Positions 58,455 through 60,850 of a stretch of DNA of 60,850 bases are shown here, piece after piece. Numbering within the stretch: the stretch's first letter is position 1; every line of letters starts with the position of its first letter. This DNA is from Bacteroidia bacterium (GTDB lineage: Bacteria > Bacteroidota > Bacteroidia > UKL13-3). The notes beneath the pieces were generated by a model. It was not told the origin of the DNA. It saw nothing but the letters and a program-made list of their open reading frames with translations, and did not search any database. The translations under genes were made by a program, and so were the position numbers. Where the stretch lies: NCBI GenBank assembly GCA_049318585.1, contig JBMOGB010000001.1:1-60850 (forward strand), written 5' to 3'.

Positions 58455-59396
58455 ATGCAAAACAACATAATAAAATTGGCATCAATTGAATTAAATAAGT
58501 CTAATGATATTATTAAGACTGCTGGAATACTTAGATTATTAAAGAACAAATTATTTAATTTATTTGATTCGGATAAATCTCAAAAAGTTTCAAGGATGAT
58601 AAGTTATACTGGATCCATTAAGCCATTATTAAATCAAACATATAAGCTTATAAAGGACATAGAATCTTCAATAGATGATTTAGATGTAGACACTTATAAT
58701 ACAAATATTGAGTTACTAAAGCAAAAAGTTAATGAGTTGAATAATGAATTAAATAAATTAAATAAATCATTGGATGAAGATGTAAAGGTAAGCGAATCTG
58801 AAAAGCAGAGATCGGCAATTGAATCAGGCGAAGCAGGCAGATTAACGGGTAGCTCAATAAGAGAAAGAGAAAGAGGAAGACAAAGACCAAGAGAACCAAG
58901 CTTACCTGAAGGAGCCGCAATGTATGATGGAATAAATAACTTAGCAGAGCTTGGCGTTAAAAAAGATGATATAATTGAAGGTAAAAATTTACAAAAATTT
59001 ATTGATTCTTGGAACCAACATTTAAAAGTAACAAGAATTAGTGGTGAAAAGAAAGGAGATATTCATAAAAAACAAAAAGCTTTAAATATTTTTGATATTA
59101 AATCTTTATTTTATGATAAGATACCATATATGAAAATTATAGACGTTCTACCAAGAGAATTAGATTCTACAGATAACTCAGTGTTTGGACGTCCAGGGGA
59201 AAGAAAACCAGGTTATTGTGAAATCAATGTAGAAAGTGATTTAACAGAATTACCTAAGCCATTAAATAACTGGCAATTAAAGGTTTTATTTAGATTAGTT
59301 GATCAAAGAAATAATACAAATGATACATTAAAATATACAATATATCTACAAAAAGTTATTAGAGCGATTGAAACAGAAGCCACAGAAGCCACATAA
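58455..59396 (+). CDS. Hypothetical protein, putative virion protein
   Basis: IIKLAS and IIKTAG motifs; coiled coil. Confidence 0.75.
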   Translation: MQNNIIKLASIELNKSNDIIKTAGILRLLKNKLFNLFDSDKSQKVSRMISYTGSIKPLLNQTYKLIKDIESSIDDLDVDTYNTNIELLKQKVNELNNELNKLNKSLDEDVKVSESEKQRSAIESGEAGRLTGSSIRERERGRQRPREPSLPEGAAMYDGINNLAELGVKKDDIIEGKNLQKFIDSWNQHLKVTRISGEKKGDIHKKQKALNIFDIKSLFYDKIPYMKIIDVLPRELDSTDNSVFGRPGERKPGYCEINVESDLTELPKPLNNWQLKVLFRLVDQRNNTNDTLKYTIYLQKVIRAIETEATEAT

Positions 59397-59423
59397 ACAT
59401 ATATAAAATAATAAAGAGAAATT

Positions 59424-59984
59424 ATGAGCAAAATATACAATATAGTAAAAGAAGCAATTAATAAAAACATGCAAATAAAATTGCAAGCGGCTCATTATTA
59501 TTTAAACTCCAGCAATATAAATAAATTTTCATCTTTATTATTAAAAAAAGCAGTTGCTGCAAAGCAAGGAAATGTAAAAATAATAAAAAAAATAGATTCA
59601 TTTGAAGATTATATAGATATGGTTAAAGCAAATACAACATCCATATATGAGCCAGTTTTACCAGAAACAAAAAACTTTAGAATTATAGCGGAAGATAATT
59701 CATTAAGCGAAATTGATGTTGTAAGCAGCTTATTAAAAATAAAAGAAAGATTTATAGAAGCTGGATTTAAATGTGAATTAATAAAGACAAATAAAAAATA
59801 TGGAATAAGATGTCATTCAAATGAGGATTACAATACAGACAAATTATATTCATTCGCATCAGAAATTACAAGAGGCATAAATATTAATTTGAATGATTTA
59901 AAAGTCGGCAAATTAAAAAGATTTAAATATAGTTTAGATGATAATGGACATCAAGATGTTATAATCAATGTGGGTGGACTATGA
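59424..59984 (+). CDS. Hypothetical protein
   Basis: 186 aa, ATGA-coupled to the next gene. Confidence 0.7.
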   Translation: MSKIYNIVKEAINKNMQIKLQAAHYYLNSSNINKFSSLLLKKAVAAKQGNVKIIKKIDSFEDYIDMVKANTTSIYEPVLPETKNFRIIAEDNSLSEIDVVSSLLKIKERFIEAGFKCELIKTNKKYGIRCHSNEDYNTDKLYSFASEITRGININLNDLKVGKLKRFKYSLDDNGHQDVIINVGGL

Positions 59985-60559
59985 TAAATCATTATTATGT
60001 AGATGATTCTAATTTTATATTTGAATATTTATCAAATGGAATTAAATCTTTTGATTCAAATAAATATGCTTCCGATATTAATATTAATAATGTTTTTAAT
60101 AATGAAAACAGAAATTATATCCCAGCAATATATAAAATTAAAGATAAGCAAACAAAATTAGAAATTAAAGAAGCCTTCGCAACCCCAGATTTAATTGAAA
60201 TAATCGATCCAAAAGAAATTGGAATAATAAGCAATAGTTCATCAATAGTTGCAAATATATATAAAACAAGCATTGATTCCATTATTTCTAGAATCCAAAA
60301 AGTTGCACAAAACTTGGCAATTGATAATGAAGACCTTGCAAAATATTTATCTTTAACTGTAAAAATGGCAACTGATAATAATATAAAAAATGCATTTGTA
60401 AGTTATGATTATTTAATGTCCAAATTGGATGGCAATAATAAAAAGATATTTAAGCAAGCTTATGAATCAGAAAAAGTTAGAGCCAAAGAATATTCTGTAT
60501 TAAACGATAGAGCCATATTAATGTCAGCAATGATTAAAGCGGGAGTTAAACTTGAATAG
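59981..60559 (+). CDS. Hypothetical protein
   Basis: SD GGTGG, ATGA overlap. Confidence 0.7.
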   Translation: MINHYYVDDSNFIFEYLSNGIKSFDSNKYASDININNVFNNENRNYIPAIYKIKDKQTKLEIKEAFATPDLIEIIDPKEIGIISNSSSIVANIYKTSIDSIISRIQKVAQNLAIDNEDLAKYLSLTVKMATDNNIKNAFVSYDYLMSKLDGNNKKIFKQAYESEKVRAKEYSVLNDRAILMSAMIKAGVKLE

Positions 60560-60850
60560 GACACAACGAATATTAGCCCTTGGGTCTGCTTTAGATTATG
60601 CAAACCCAAATGAAACTGGTAAAATTCTTGCAGATATTATTTTATTCCTTCTTAGGAATATACCCCCACAGCAGCGCACAAATGCCATTAGAAAAATGAT
60701 TATAAAGATTAGGGTAATGAGTTCTGATGATATTAGCAAAAAGAAAATGAGACCATATTCTTCAATGGGGACAAGTGTTTCTTTATTGAAGAACACACTA
60801 GCTGGAAGAGATGCCAAAAGCGTTAGAGATATATTAGATGCAGTTATTAG
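60552..60850 (+). CDS. Hypothetical protein, 3'-truncated, not in the ORF track
   Basis: TTG at 60552 six nt after GGGAG; frame open to the window end (MNRTQRILALGSALDYANPNETGKILADII...). Confidence 0.7.
   Translation, partial: MNRTQRILALGSALDYANPNETGKILADIILFLLRNIPPQQRTNAIRKMIIKIRVMSSDDISKKKMRPYSSMGTSVSLLKNTLAGRDAKSVRDILDAVI

Noticed and set aside
60596-60817. Minus-strand 73-aa ORF
   Set aside because: Antisense to a plus-strand gene starting at 60552 with an SD that runs off the window
1-60850. Stop-codon reassignment as in some huge phages
   Set aside because: Conserved genes are full length in code 11 and TAA, TAG and TGA all end genes at coupled junctions
1-60850. Bacterial chromosome origin suggested by tig, dnaJ, recA, dnaE, rpsU, def
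   Set aside because: No bacterial operon context (no clpPX, dnaK, fmt), divergent sequences, terminase and portal present, many homing endonucleases
1-60850. tRNA, rRNA or large structured ncRNA genes
   Set aside because: Intergenic gaps are short (at most ~140 nt) and AT-rich, and I saw no cloverleaf; tRNAscan and Infernal were not run

Overview
AT-rich, gene-dense, almost entirely + strand segment of a large tailed (jumbo/huge-type) bacteriophage genome using standard code 11. It carries (i) a bacterial-type replication and recombination set: topoisomerase IA, HU, SbcCD, DnaE with a 442-aa LAGLIDADG intein, an SSB, RuvC-like resolvase, RecA, dUTPase, dNMP kinase and a DnaG primase split into two genes about 20 kb apart; (ii) an unusually complete translation and nascent-chain module: ribosomal protein bS21, peptide deformylase fused to a SEC-C motif, trigger factor, DnaJ, thioredoxin and a short CCA-type nucleotidyltransferase; (iii) a packaging/head region with a GpA-like large terminase, portal and many unknown proteins; (iv) five free-standing homing-endonuclease-like genes. 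Best candidates for novelty: a recurring K-x-A motif near the N-termini and at domain borders of the unknown putative virion proteins (possible head-maturation cleavage or targeting code), the split primase with a dual-coding overlap, the ribosome exit-tunnel module, two candidate promoter classes (one apparently giving leaderless mRNAs) and a duplicated CA-rich SD-less leader. All calls come from reading motifs by eye; no database search was run.
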